A DNA stretch of 64,000 nt from Eledone cirrhosa (GCA_964016885.1 OZ024744.1:130634001-130698000), one strand, 5' to 3'; positions 25,361 to 39,272 are shown, numbered from the stretch's first letter. Numbers and translations are program-made. The notes: generated by a model not told the origin, from the sequence alone.

Positions 25361-28300
25361 TTAAGTTAAGTTAGGGTTAAGTTAAGTTGGGGTTGAGTTA
25401 AGTTGGGGTTAATTAAGTGGTGGTTATGTTAAGTTGGGGTTAAGTTAAGTTGGGGTTAATTTAAATTGGGGTTAAGTTAACTTTGTGGTTAAGTTAAGTT
25501 GGGGTTAAGTTAAGTTGGGGTAAAGTTGGGGTTGAGTTAAGTTGGGGTTGAGTGAAGTTGGGGTTAAGTTAAGTTGGGGTTAAGTTAAGTTGGGGTTAAG
25601 ATAAGTCGGGGTTAAGTTAAGTTGTGGTTGAGTTAAGTTGGGGTTAATTTAAGTTGGGGCTAAGTTAATTTGTGGTTAAGTTAAGTTGGGGTTAAGTTAA
25701 GTTGGGGTTAAGTTAAGTGGGGGTTGAGTTAAGTTGGGGCTGAGTTAATTTGGGTTTAAGTTAAGTTGGGGTTAAGTTAAGTTGGGTTTAAGTTAAGTTG
25801 GGGTTAAATTAAGTTGGGGTTAAATTAAGTTGGGGTTAAGTTAAGTTGGGGGTAAGTTAAGTTGGGGGCAAGTTAAGTTGGGGTTAATTTAAGTTGGGGT
25901 TAAATTAAGTTGGGGTTACGTTAAGTTGGTGTTAAGTTAAGTTGGGGTTAATTTAAGTTGGGGTTAAATAAGTTGGGGTTAAGTTAAGTGGGGTTAAGTT
26001 AAGTTGGGGTTAATTTAAGTTGGGGTTGAGTTAAGTTGGGGTTAAGTTAAGTTGGGGTTATATTAAGTTGGGGTTAAGTTAAGTTGGGGTTAAGTTAAGT
26101 TGGGGTTAAGTTAAGTTGGGGTTAAGTTAAGTTGAGGTTAAGTTAAGTTGGGGTTAAGTTAAGTTGGGGTTAAGTTAAGTTGGGGTTAAGTTAAGTTGGG
26201 GTTAAGTTAAGTTGGGGTTTATTTAAGTTGGGGTTAAGTTAAGTTGGGGTTCAGTTAAGTTGGGGTTAAGTTAAGTTGGGGTTAAGTTAAGTTGGGGTTA
26301 AGTTAAGTCGGGGTTAATTTAAGTCGGGGTTAAGTTAAGTTAGGGTTCAGTTAAGTTGGGGTTAAGTTAAGTTGGGGTTGAGTTAAGTTGGGGTTGAGTT
26401 AAATTGGGGTTGAGTTAAGTTGGGGTTGAGTTAAGTTGGTGTTGAGTTAAGTTGGGGTTAAGTTAAATTGGGGTTAAGTTAAGTTGCAGTTAAGTTAAGT
26501 TGAGGTTAAGTTAAGGTGCGGGTAAGTTAAGTTGGGCTTAAGTTAAGTTGGGGCTAAGTTAAGTTGGGGCTCAGTTAAGTTGGGGTTAAGTTAAGTTGGG
26601 GTTAAGTTAAGTTGGGGTTAATTTAAGTTGGGGTTAAGTTAAGTTGGGGTTAAGTTAAGTTGCGGTTAAGTTAAGTTGGGTTTAAGTTAAGTTGGGGTTA
26701 AGTTAAGTTGGGGTTGAGTTAAGTTGGGGCTGAGTTAATTTGGGGTTAAGTTAAGTTGGGGTTAAGTTAAGTTGGGTTTAAGTTAAGTTGGGGTTAAATT
26801 AAGTTGGGGTTAAATTAAGTTGGGGTTAAGTTAAGTTGGGGGTAAGTTAAGTTGGGGGCAAGTTAAGTTGGGGTTAATTTAAGTTGGGGTTAAATTAAGT
26901 TGGGGTTACGTTAAGTTGGTGTTAAGTTAAGTTGGGGTTAATTTAAGTTGGGGTTAATTAAGTTGGGGTTAAGTTAAGTTGGGGTTAAGTTAAGTTGGGG
27001 TTAATTTAAGTTGGGGTTGAGTTAAGTTGGGGTTAAGTTAAGTTGGGGTTATATTAAGTTGGGGTTAAGTTAAGTTGGGGTTCAGTTAAGTTGGGGTTAA
27101 GTTAAGTTGGGGTTAAGTTAAGTTGAGGTTAAGTTAAGTTGGGGATAAGTTAAGTTGGTGTTAAGTTAAGTTGGGTCTAAGTTAAGTTGGGGTTGAGTTA
27201 AGTTGGGGTTAAGTTGGGGTTAAGTTAAGTTACGTTTAAGTTAAGTTGGGGTTAAGTTAAGTTGGGGTTAAGTTAAGTTGTGGTTAAGTTAAGTTGGGGT
27301 TAAGTTAAGTTGGGGTTAAGTTAAGTCGGGGTTAAGTTAAGTTGGGGTTAATTTAAGTTGGGGTTAATTTAAGTTGGGGTTAAGTTAAGTTGGGGTTAAG
27401 TTAAGTTGGGGTTAAGTTAATTGGGGTTAAGTTGGGGTTAAGTTAAGTTGAGGTTAAGTTAAGTTGGGGTTAAATTAAGTTTGGGTTAAGTTAAGTTGGG
27501 GTTAAGTTAAGTTGGGGTTAAGTTAAGTTGGGGATAAGTTAAGTTGGGGATAATTTAAGTTGGGGTTAAGTTAAGTTGGGTTTAAGTTAAGTTGGGGTTA
27601 AGTTAAGTTGGGGTTAAGTTAAGTTGGGGTTAAGTTAAGTTGGGGTTAATTTAAGTTGGGGTTAAGTTAAGTTGCGGGTAATTTAAGTTGGGGTTAAGTT
27701 AAGTTGGGGTTAAGTTAAGTTGGGGTTAAGTTAAGTTGGGGTTAAGTTAAGTTGGGGTTAAGTTAAGTTGGGGCTAATTTAAATTGGGGCTGAGTTAAGT
27801 TGGGGTTAAGTTAAGTTGGGGTTAAGTTAAGTTGGGGTTAAGTTAAGTTGGGGTTAAGTTAAGTTGGGGTTTATTTAAGTTGGGGTTAAGTTAAGTTGGG
27901 GTTCAGTTAAGTTGGGGTTCAGTTAAGTTGGGGTTAAGTTAAGTTGGGGTTAAGATGGGGTTAAATTACGTTGGAGTTAAGTTAAGTTGGGGTTAAGTTA
28001 AGTTGGGGTTAAGTTGGGGTTAAGTTAAGTTAGGTTTAAGTTAAGTTGGGGTTAAGTTAAGTTGGGGTTAAGTTAAGTTGTGGTTAAGTTAAGTTGGGGT
28101 TAAGTTAAGTTGGGGTTAAGTTAAGTCGGGGTTAAGTTAAGTTGGGGTTAAGTTAAGTTGGGGTTAATTTAAGTTGGGGTTAAGTTAAGTTGGGGTTAAG
28201 TTAAGTTGGGGTTAAGTTAATTGGGGTTAAGTTAAGTTGGGGTTAAGTTAAGTTGAGGTTAAGTTAAGTTGGGGTTGAATTAAGTTTGGGTTAAGTTAAG

Positions 28301-31300
28301 TTGGGGTTAAGTTAAGTTGGGGTTAAGTTAAGTTGGGGTAAGTTAAGTTGGGGATAATTTAAGTTGGGGTTAAGTTAAGTTGGGTTTAAGTTAAGTTGGG
28401 GTTAAGTTAAGTTGGGGCTAAGTTAAGTTGGGGCTGAGTTAAGTTGGGGTTAAGTTAAGTTGGGGTTAAGTTAAGTTGGGGTTAAGTTAAGTTGGGGTTA
28501 ATTTAAGTTGGGGTTAAGTTAAGTTGGGGTTCAGTTAAGTTGGGGTTCAGTTAAGTTGGGGTTAAGTTAAGTTGGGGTTAAGATGGGGTTAAATTACGTT
28601 GGAGTTAAGTTAAGTTGGGGTTAAGTTAAGTTGGGGTTAAGTTAAGTTGGGGTTAAGTTAAGTCGGGGTTAATTTAAGTCGGGGTTAAGTTAAGTTAGGG
28701 TTCAGTTAAGTTGGGGTTAAGTTAAGTTGGGGTTGAGTTAAGTTGGGGTTGAGTTAAATTGGGGTTGAGTTAAGTTGGGGTTGAGTTAAGTTGGTGTTGA
28801 GTTAAGTTGGGGTTAAGTTAAATTGAGGTTAAGTTAAGTTGCAGTTAAGTTAAGTTGAGGTTAAGTTAAGGTGCGGTTAAGTTAAGTTGGGGTTAAGTTA
28901 AGTTGGGGTTAAGTTAAGTTGGGGTTAAGTTAAGTTGGGGTTAAGTTAAGTTGGGGTTAAGTTAATTTGTGGTTAAGTTAAGTTGTGGTTAAGTTAAGTT
29001 GGGGTTAAGTTAAGTTGGGGTTAAGTTAAGTCGGGGTTAAGTTAAGTTGGGGTTAAGTTAAGTTGGGGTTAATTTAAGTTGGGGATAATTTAAGTTGGGG
29101 TTAAGTTAAGTTGGGTTTAAGTTAAGTTGGGGTTAAGTTAAGTTGGGGATAAGTTAAGTTGGGGTTAAGTTAAGTTGGGGTTAAGTTAAGTTGGGGTTAA
29201 GTTAAGTTGGGGCTAAGTTATGTTGGGGCTGAGTTAAGTTGGGGTTAAGTTAAGTTGGGGTTAAGTTAAGTTGGGGTTAATTTAAGTTGGGGTTTATTTA
29301 AGTTGGGGTTAAGTTAAGTTGGGGTTCAGTTAAGTTGGGGTTAAGTTAAGTTGGGGTTAAGATGGGGTTAAATTAAGTTGGGGTTAAGTTAAGTTGGGGA
29401 TAAGTTAAGTTGGGGTTAAGTTAAGTCGGGGTTAAGTTAAGTCGGGGTTAAGTTAAGTTAGGGGTAAGTTAAGTTGGGGGCAAGTTAAGTTGGGGTTAAT
29501 TTAAGTTGGGGTTAAATTAAGTTGGGGTTAAGTTGAGTTGGTGTTAAGTTAAGTTGGGGTTAATTTAAGTTGGGGTTAATTAAGTTGGGGTTAAGTTAAG
29601 TTGGGGTTAAGTTAAGTTGGGGTTAATTTAAGTTGGGGTTGAGTTAAGTTGGGGTTAAGTTAAGTTGGGGTTATATTAAGTTGGGGTTAAGTTAAGTTGG
29701 GGTTCAGTTAAGTTGGGGTTAAGTTAAGTTGGGGTTAAGTTAAGTTGAGGTTAACTTAAGTTGGGGTTAAGTTAAGTTGGTGTTAAGTTAAGTTGGGGCT
29801 AAGTTAAGTTGGGGCTGAGTTAAGTTGGGGCTGAGTTAAGTTGGGGCTAAGTTAAGTTGGGGTTGAGTTAAGTTGGGGTTAAGTTGGGGTTAAGTTAAGT
29901 TAGGTTTAAGTTAAGTTGGGGTTAAGTTAAGTTGGGGTTAAGTTAAGTTGGGGTTAAGTTAAGTTGGGGTTAAGTTAAGTTGGGGTTAAGTTAAGTTGGG
30001 GTTAAGTTAAGTTGGGGTTAAGTTAAGTCGGGGTTAAGTTAAGTTGGGGTTAATTTAAGTTGGGGTTAAGTTAAGTTGGGGTTAAGTTAAGTTGGGGTTA
30101 AGTTAAGTCGGGGTTAAGTTAAGTTGGGGTTAAGTTAAGTTGGTTAGTTAAGTTGAGTTTAAGTTAAGTTGGGGTTAATTTAAGTTGGGGTTAAGTTAAG
30201 CTGGGGTTAAGTTAAGTTGGGGTTAAGTTAAGTTGGGGTTAATTTAAGTTGGGGTTAAGTTAAGTTGCGGGTAATTTAAGTTGGGGTTAAGTTAAGTTGG
30301 GGTTAAGTTAAGTTGGGGTTAAGTTAAGTTGGGGTTAAGTTAATTTGGGGTTAAGTTAAGTTGGGGCTAATTTAAGTTGGGGCTGAGTTAAGTTGGGGTT
30401 AAGTTAAGCTGGGGTTAAGTTAAGTTGGGGTTAAGTTAAGTTGGGGTTAAGTTAAGTTGGGGTTTATTTAAGTTGGGGTTAAGTTAAGTTGGGGTTCAGT
30501 TAAGTTGGGGTTCAGTTAAGTTGGGGTTAAGTTAAGTTGGGGTTAAGATGGGGTTAAATTACGTTGGAGTTAAGTTAAGTTGGGGTTAAGTTAAGTTGGG
30601 GTTAAGTTAAGTTGGGGTTAAGTTAAGTCGGGGTTAATTTAAGTCGGGCTTAAGTTAAGTTAGGGTTCAGTTAAGTTGGGGTTAAGTTAAGTTGGGGTTG
30701 AGTTAAGTTGGGGTTGAGTTAAATTGGGGTTGAGTTAAGTTGGGGTTGAGTTAAGTTGGTGTTGAGTTAAGTTGGGGTTAAGTTAAATTGGGGTTAAGTT
30801 AAGTTGCAGTTAAGTTAAGTTGAGGTTAAGTTAAGGTGCGGGTAAGTTAAGTTGGGCTTAAGTTAAGTTGGGGCTAAGTTAAGTTGGGGCTCAGTTAAGT
30901 TGGGGCTAAGTTAAGTTGGGGTTAAGTTAAGTTGGGGTTAAGTTAAGTCGGGGTTAAGTTAAGTTGGGGTTAAGTTAAGTTGGGGTTAATTTAAGTTGGG
31001 GTTAAGTTAAGTTGGGGTTAAGTTAAGTTGGGGTTAAGTTAAGTTGGGTTTAAGTTAAGTTGGGGTTAAGTTAAGTTGGGGTTGAGTTAAGTTGGGGCTG
31101 AGTTAATTTGGGGTTAAGTTAAGTTGGGGTTAAGTTAAGTTGGGTTTAAGTTAAGTTGGGGTTAAATTAAGTTGGGGTTAAATTAAGTTGGGGTTAAGTT
31201 AAGTTGGGGGTAAGTTAAGTTGGGGGCTAGTTAAGTTGGGGTTAATTTAAGTTGGGGTTAAATTAAGTTGGGGTTACGTTAAGTTGGTGTTAAGTTAAGT

Positions 31301-32863
31301 TGGGGTTAATTTAAGTTGGGGTTAATTAAGTTGGGGTTAAGTTAAGTTGGGGTTAAGTTAAGTTGGGGTTAATTTAAGTTGGGGTTAAGTTAAGTCGGGG
31401 TTAAGTTAAGTTGGGGTTAAGTTAAGTTGGGGTTAAGTTGAGTTGGTTAGTTAAGTTGAGTTTAAGTTAAGTTGGGGTTAATTTAAGTTGGGGTTAAGTT
31501 AAGCTGGGGTTAAGTTAAGTTGGGGTTAAGTTAAGTTGGGGTTAATTTAAGTTGGGGTTAAGTTAAGTTGCGGGTAATTTAAGTTGGGGTTAAGTTAAGT
31601 TGGGGTTAAGTTAAGTTGGGGTTAAGTTAAGTTGGGGTTAAGTTAATTTGGGGTTAAGTTAAGTTGGGGCTAATTTAAGTTGGGGCTGAGTTAAGTTGGG
31701 GTTAAGTTAAGCTGGGGTTAAGTTAAGTTGGGGTTAAGTTAAGTTGGGGTTAAGTTAAGTTGGGGTTTATTTAAGTTGGGGTTAAGTTAAGTTGGGGTTC
31801 AGTTAAGTTGGGGTTCAGTTAAGTTGGGGTTAAGTTAAGTTGGGGTTAAGATGGGGTTAAATTACGTTGGAGTTAAGTTAAGTTGGGGTTAAGTTAAGTT
31901 GGGGTTAAGTTAAGTTGGGGTTAAGTTAAGTCGGGGTTAATTTAAGTCGGGGTTAAGTTAAGTTAGGGTTCAGTTAAGTTGTGGTTAAGTTAAGTTGGGG
32001 TTGAATTAAGTTGGGGTTGAGTTAAATTGGGGTTTAGTTAAGTTGGGGTTGAGTTAAGTTGGTGTTGAGTTAAGTTGGGGTTAAGTTAAATTGGGGTTAA
32101 GTTAAGTTGCAGTTAAGTTAAGTTGAGGTTAAGTTAAGGTGCGGGTAAGTTAAGTTGGGCTTAAGTTAAGTTGGGGCTAAGTTAAGTTGGGGCTCAGTTA
32201 AGTTGGGGCTAAGTTAAGTTGGGGTTAAGTTAAGTTGGGGTTAAGTTAAGTCGGGGTTAAGTTAAGTTGGGGTTAAGTTAAGTTGGGGTTAATTTAAGTT
32301 GGGGTTAAGTTAAGTTGGGGTTAAGTTAAGTTGGGGTTAAGTTAAGTTGGGTTTAAGTTAAGTTGGGGTTAAGTTAAGTTGGGGTTGAGTTAAGTTGGGG
32401 CTGAGTTAATTTGGGGTTAAGTTAAGTTGGGGTTAAGTTAAGTTGGGTTTAAGTTAAGTTGGGGTTAAATTAAGTTGGGGTTAAATTAAGTTGGGGTTAA
32501 GTTAAGTTGGGGGTAAGTTAAGTTGGGGGCAAGTTAAGTTGGGGTTAATTTAAGTTGGGGTTAAATTAAGTTGAGTTTAAGTTAAGTTGGGGTTAATTTA
32601 AGTTGGGGTTAAGTTAAGCTGGGGTTAAGTTAAGTTGGGGTTAATTTAAGTTGGGGTTAACTTAAGTTGGGGTTAAGTTAAGTTGGGGTTAAGTTAAGTC
32701 GGGGTTAAGTTAAGTTGGGGTTAAGTTAAGTTGGGGTTAAGTTAAGTTGAGGTTAAGTTAAGTTGGTTAGTTAAGTTGAGTTTAAGTTAAGTTGGGGTTA
32801 ATTTAAGTTGGGGTTAAGTTAAGTTGAGGTTAAGTTAAGTTGGGGTTAAGTTAAGTTGGGGTT

Positions 32864-33038
32864 AACCCCAACTTAACTTAACCCCAACGTAACTCAACCC
32901 CAACGTAACTCAACCCCAACTTAACTTAACCCCAACTTCACTCAACCCCAACTTAACTTAACCCCAACTTCACTCAACCCCAACTTCCAACTTGACTTAA
33001 CCCCAACTTAACTTAGCCCCAACTTAACTTAAGCCCAA
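32864..33038 (-). repeat. Inverted satellite block, copy 2 (variant allele)
   Basis: Same two junctions and length as copy 1. The second monomer reads AACCCCAACGTAACTC instead of AACCCCAACTTCACTC. Confidence 0.97.
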
Positions 33039-36000
33039 AGTCGGGGTTAAGTTAAGTTGGCGTTAAGTTAAGTTGGCGTTAAGTTAAGTTAGGCTTAACT
33101 TAAGTTGGGGTTCAGTTAAGTTGGGGGTAAGTTAAGTTGGGGTTAAGTTAAGTTAGGGTTAAGTTAAGTTGGGGTTGAGTTAAGTTGGGGTTAATTAAGT
33201 GGTGGTTATGTTAAGTTGGGGTTAAGTTAAGTTGGGGTTAATTTAAATTGGGGTTAAGTTAACTTTGTGGTTAAGTTAAGTTGGGGTTAAGTTAAGTTGG
33301 GGTAAAGTTGGGGTTGAGTTAAGTTGGGGTTGAGTGAAGTTGGGGTTAAGTTAAGTTGGGGTTAAGTTAAGTTGGGGTTAAGATAAGTCGGGGTTAAGTT
33401 AAGTTGTGGTTGAGTTAAGTTGGGGTTAATTTAAGTTGGGGCTAAGTTAATTTGTGGTTAAGTTAAGTTGGGGTTAAGTTAAGTTGGGGTTAAGTTAAGT
33501 GGGGGTTGAGTTAAGTTGGGGCTGAGTTAATTTGGGTTTAAGTTAAGTTGGGGTTAAGTTAAGTTGGGTTTAAGTTAAGTTGGGGTTAAATTAAGTTGGG
33601 GTTAAATTAAGTTGGGGTTAAGTTAAGTTGGGGGTAAGTTAAGTTGGGGGCAAGTTAAGTTGGGGTTAATTTAAGTTGGGGTTAAATTAAGTTGGGGTTA
33701 CGTTAAGTTGGTGTTAAGTTAAGTTGGGGTTAATTTAAGTTGGGGTTAAATAAGTTGGGGTTAAGTTAAGTGGGGTTAAGTTAAGTTGGGGTTAATTTAA
33801 GTTGGGGTTGAGTTAAGTTGGGGTTAAGTTAAGTTGGGGTTATATTAAGTTGGGGTTAAGTTAAGTTGGGGTTAAGTTAAGTTGGGGTTAAGTTAAGTTG
33901 GGGTTAAGTTAAGTTGAGGTTAAGTTAAGTTGGGGTTAAGTTAAGTTGGTGTTAAGTTAAGTTGGGGCTAAGTTAAGTTGGGGCTGAGTTAAGTTGGGGC
34001 TGAGTTAAGTTGGGGCTAAGTTAAGTTGGGGTTGAGTTAAGTTGGGGTTAAGTTGGGGTTAAGTTAAGTTAGGTTTAAGTTAAGTTGGGGTTAAGTTAAG
34101 TTGGGGTTAAGTTAAGTTGGGGTTAAGTTAAGTTGGGGTTAAGTTAAGTTGGGGTTAAGTTAAGTTGGGGTTAAGTTAATTTGTGGTAAAGTTAAGTTGT
34201 GGTTAAGTTAAGTTGGGGTTAAGTTAAGTTGGGGTTAAGTTAAGTCGGGGTTAAGTTAAGTTGGGGTTAAGTTAAGTTGGGGTTAATTTAAGTTGGGGTT
34301 AAGTTAAGTTGGGGTTAAGTTAAGTTGGGGTTAAGTTAAGTCGGGGTTAAGTTAAGTTGGGGTTAAGTTAAGTTGGGGTTAATTTAAGTTGGGGTTAAGT
34401 TAAGTTGGCGTTAAGTTAAGTTGGGGTTAAGTTAAGTTGGGGTTAAGTTAAGTTGGGGATAATTTAAGTTGGGGTTAAGTTAAGTTTGAGTTTAAGTTAA
34501 GTTGGGGTTAAGTTAAGTTGGGGTTAAGTTAAGTTGGGGTTAAGTTAAGTTGGTTAGTTAAGTTGAGTTTAAGTTAAGTTGGGGTTAATTTAAGTTGGGG
34601 TTAATTTAAGCTGGGGTTAAGTTAAGTTGGGGTTAAGTTAAGTTGGGGTTAATTTAAGTTGGGGTTAAGTTAAGTTGCGGGTAATTTAAGTTGGGGTTAA
34701 GTTAAGTTGGGGTTAAGTTAAGTTGGGGTTAAGTTAAGTTGGGGTTAAGTTGGGGTTAAGTTAAGTTGGGGCTAATTTAAGTTGGGGCTGAGTTAAGTTG
34801 GGGTTAAGTTAAGTTGGGGTTAAGTTAAGTTGGGGTTAAGTTAAGTTGGGGTTAAGTTAAGTTGGGGTTTATTTAAGTTGGGGTTAAGTTAAGTTGGGGT
34901 TCAGTTAAGTTGGGGTTCAGTTAAGTTGGGGTTAAGTTAAGTTGGGGTTAAGATGGGGTTAAATTACGTTGGAGTTAAGTTAAGTTGGGGTTAAGTTAAG
35001 TTGGGGTTAAGTTGGGGTTAAGTTAAGTTAGGTTTAAGTTAAGTTGGGGTTAAGTTAAGTTGGGGTTAAGTTAAGTTGTGGTTAAGTTAAGTTGGGGTTA
35101 AGTTAAGTTGGGGTTAAGTTAAGTCGGGGTTAAGTTAAGTTGGGGTTAAGTTAAGTTGGGGTTAATTTAAGTTGGGGTTAAGTTAAGTTGGGGTTAAGTT
35201 AAGTTGGGGTTAAGTTAATTGGGGTTAAGTTAAGTTGGGGTTAAGTTAAGTTGAGGTTAAGTTAAGTTGGGGTTAAATTAAGTTTGGGTTAAGTTAAGTT
35301 GGGGTTAAGTTAAGTTGGGGTTAAGTTAAGTTGGGGTAAGTTAAGTTGGGGATAATTTAAGTTGGGGTTAAGTTAAGTTGGGTTTAAGTTAAGTTGGGGT
35401 TAAGTTAAGTTGGGGTTAAGTTAAGTTGGGGTTAAGTTAAGTTGGGGTTAAGTTAAGTTGGGGCTAAGTTAAGTTGGGGCTGAGTTAAGTTGGGGTTAAG
35501 TTAAGTTGGGGTTAAGTTAAGTTGGGGTTAAGTTAAGTTGGGGTTAATTTAAGTTGAGGTTAAGTTAAGTTGGGGTTCAGTTAAGTTGGGGTTCAGTTAA
35601 GTTGGGGTTAAGTTAATTTGTGGTTAAGTTAAGTTGGGGTTAAGTTAAGTTGGGGTTAAGTTAAGTTGGGGTTGAGTTAAGTTGGGGCTGAGTTAATTTG
35701 GGTTTAAGTTAAGTTGGGGTTAAGTTAAGTTGGGTTTAAGTTAAGTTGGGGTTAAATTAAGTTGGGGTTAAATTAAGTTGGGGTTAAGTTAAGTTGGGGG
35801 TAAGTTAAGTTGGGGGCAAGTTAAGTTGGGGTTAATTTAAGTTGGGGTTAAATTAAGTTGGGGTTACGTTAAGTTGGTGTTAAGTTAAGTTGGGGTTAAT
35901 TTAAGTTGGGGTTAATTAAGTTGGGGTTAAGTTAAGTTGGGGTTAAGTTAAGTTGGGGTTAATTTAAGTTGGGGTTGAGTTAAGTTGGGGTTAAGTTAAG

Positions 36001-39000
36001 TTGGGGTTATATTAAGTTGGGGTTAAGTTAAGTTGGGGTTCAGTTAAGTTGGGGTTAAGTTAAGTTGGGGTTAAGTTAAGTTGAGGTTAAGTTAAGTTGG
36101 GGTTAAGTTAAGTTGGTGTTAAGTTAAGTTGGGGCTAAGTTAAGTTGGGGCTGAGTTAAGTTGGGGCTGAGTTAAGTTGGGGCTAAGTTAAGTTGGGGTT
36201 GAGTTAAGTTGGGGTTAAGTTGGGGTTAAGTTAAGTTAGGTTTAAGTTAAGTTGGGGTTAAGTTAAGTTGGGGTTAAGTTAAGTTGGGGTTAAGTTAAGT
36301 TGGGGTTAAGTTAAGTTGGGGTTAAGTTAAGTTGGGGTTAAGTTAAGTTGGGGTTAAGTTAATTTGTGGTTAAGTTAAGTTGTGGTTAAGTTAAGTTGGT
36401 TAGTTAAGTTGAGTTTAAGTTAAGTTGGGGTTAAGTTAAGTTGGGGTTAAGTTAAGTTGGGGTTAAGTTAAGTCGGGGTTAAGTTAAGTTATGGTTCAGT
36501 TAAGTTGGGGTTAAGTTAAGTTGGGGTTGAGTTAAGTTGGGGTTGAGTTAAATTGGGGTTGAGTTAAGTTGGGGTTGAGTTAAGTTGGTGTTGAGTTAAG
36601 TTGGCGTTAAGTTAAGTTGGGGTTAAATTAAGTTGGGGTTAAATTAAGTTGGGGTTAAGTTAAGTTGGGGGTAAGTTAAGTTGGGGGCAAGTTAAGTTGG
36701 GGTTAATTTAAGTTGGGGTTAAATTAAGTTGGGGTTACGTTAAGTTGGTGTTAAGTTAAGTTGGGGTTAATTTAAGTTGGGGTTAATTAATGTTGGGGTT
36801 AAGTTAAGTTGGGGTTAAGTTAAGTTGGGGTTAAGTTAAGTTGAGGTTAAGTTAAGTTGGGGTTAAGTTAAGTTGGTGTTAAGTTAAGTTGGGGCTAAGT
36901 TAAGTTGGGGCTGAGTTAAGTTGGGGCTGAGTTAAGTTGGGGCTAAGTTAAGTTGGGGTTGAGTTAAGTTGGGGTTAAGTTGGGGTTAAGTTAAGTTAGG
37001 TTTAAGTTAAGTTGGGTTTAAGTTAAGTTGGGGTTAAGTTAAGTTGGGGTTAAGTTAAGTTGGGGTTAAGTTAAGTTGGGGTTAAGTTAAGTTGGGGTTA
37101 AGTTAAGTTGGGGTTAAGTTAAGTTGGGGTTAAGTTAAGTCGGGGTTAAGTTAAGTTGGGGTTAAGTTAAGTTGGGGTTAAGTTAAGTTTGGGTTAAGTT
37201 AAGTTGGGGTTAAGTTAAGTCGGGGTTAAGTTAAGTTGGGGTTAAGTTAAGTTGGGGTTAATTTAAGTTGGGGTTAAGTTAAGTTGGGGATAAGTTAAGT
37301 TGGGGTTAAGTTAAGTTGGGGTTGAGTTAAGTTGGGGCTGAGTTAATTTGGGTTTAAGTTAAGTTGGGGTTAAGTTAAGTTGGGTTTAAGTTAAGTTGGG
37401 GTTAAATTAAGTTGGGGTTAAATTAAGTTGGGGTTAAGTTAAGTTGGGGGTAAGTTAAGTTGGGGGCAAGTTAAGTTGGGGTTAATTTAAGTTGGGGTTA
37501 AATTAAGTTGGGGTTACGTTAAGTTGGTGTTAAGTTAAGTTGGGGTTAATTTAAGTTGGGGTTAATTAAGTTGGGGTTAAGTTAAGTTGGGGTTAAGTTA
37601 AGTTGGGGTTAATTTAAGTTGGGGTTGAGTTAAGTTGGGGTTAAGTTAAGTTGGGGTTATATTAAGTTGGGGTTAAGTTAAGTTGGGGTTCAGTTAAGTT
37701 GGGGTTAAGTTAAGTTGAGGTTAAGTTAAGTTGGGGTTAAGTTAAGTTGGTGTTAAGTTAAGTTGGGGCTAAGTTAAGTTGGGGCTGAGTTAAGTTGGGG
37801 CTGAGTTAAGTTGGGGCTAAGTTAAGTTGGGGTTAAGTTGGGGTTAAGTTAAGTTAGGTTTAAGTTAAGTTGGGGTTAAGTTAAGTTGGGGTTAAGTTAA
37901 GTTGGGGTTAAGTTAAGTTGGGGTTAAGTTAAGTTGGGGTTAAGTTAAGTTGGGGTTAAGTTAAGTTGGGGTTAAGTTAATTTGTGGTTAAGTTAAGTTG
38001 TGGTTAAGTTAAGTTGGTTAGTTAAGTTGAGTTTAAGTTAAGTTGGAGTTAAGTTAAGTTGGGGTTAAGTTAAGTTGGGGTTAAGTTAAGTCGGGGTTAA
38101 GTTAAGTTATGGTTCAGTTAAGTTGGGGTTAAGTTAAGTTGGGGTTGAGTTAAGTTGGGGTTGAGTTAAATTGGGGTTGAGTTAAGTTGGGGTTGAGTTA
38201 AGTTGGTGTTGAGTTAAGTTGGGGTTAAGTTAAGTTGGGGTTAAATTAAGTTGGGGTTAAATTAAGTTGGGGTTAAGTTAAGTTGGGGGTAAGTTAAGTT
38301 GGGGGCAAGTTAAGTTGGGGTTAATTTAAGTTGGGGTTAAATTAAGTTGGGGTTACGTTAAGTTGGTGTTAAGTTAAGTTGGGGTTAATTTAAGTTGGGG
38401 TTAATTAATGTTGGGGTTAAGTTAAGTTGGGGTTAAGTTAAGTTGGGGTTAAGTTAAGTTGAGGTTAAGTTAAGTTGGGGTTAAGTTAAGTTGGTGTTAA
38501 GTTAAGTTGGGGCTGAGTTAAGTTGGGGCTGAGTTAAGTTGGGGCTAAGTTAAGTTGGGGTTGAGTTAAGTTGGGGTTAAGTTGGGGTTAAGTTAAGTTA
38601 GGTTTAAGTTAAGTTGGGTTTAAGTTAAGTTGGGGTTAAGTTAAGTTGGGGTTAAGTTAAGTTGGGGTTAAGTTAAGTTGGGGTTAAGTTAAGTTGGGGT
38701 TAAGTTAAGTTGGGGTTAAGTTAAGTCGGGGTTAAGTTAAGTTGGGGTTAAGTTAAGTTGGGGTTAAGTTAAGTTGGGGTTAAGTTAAGTTGGGGTTAAG
38801 TTAAGTCGGGGTTAAGTTAAGTTGGGGTTAAGTTAAGTTGGGGTTAATTTAAGTTGGGGTTAAGTTAAGTTGGGGTTAAGTTAAGTTGGGGATAATTTAA
38901 GTTGGGGTTAAGTTAAGTTTGAGTTTAAGTTAAGTTGGGGTTAAGTTAAGTTGGGGTTAAGTTAAGTTGGGGTTAAGTTAAGTTGGTTAGTTAAGTTGAG

Positions 39001-39272
39001 TTTAAGTTAAGTTGGGGTTAATTTAAGTTGGGGTTAAGTTAAGCTGGGGTTAAGTTAAGTTGGGTTTAATTTAAGTTGGGGTTAATTTAAGTTGGGGTTA
39101 AGTTAAGTTGGGGTTAAGTTAAGTCGGGGTTAAGTTAAGTTGGGGTTAAGTTAAGTTGGGGTTAAGTTAAGTTGAGGTTAAGTTAAGTTGGTTAGTTAAG
39201 TTGAGTTTAAGTTAAGTTGGGGTTAATTTAAGTTGGGGTTAAGTTAAGTTGGGGTTAAGTTAAGTTGGGGTT

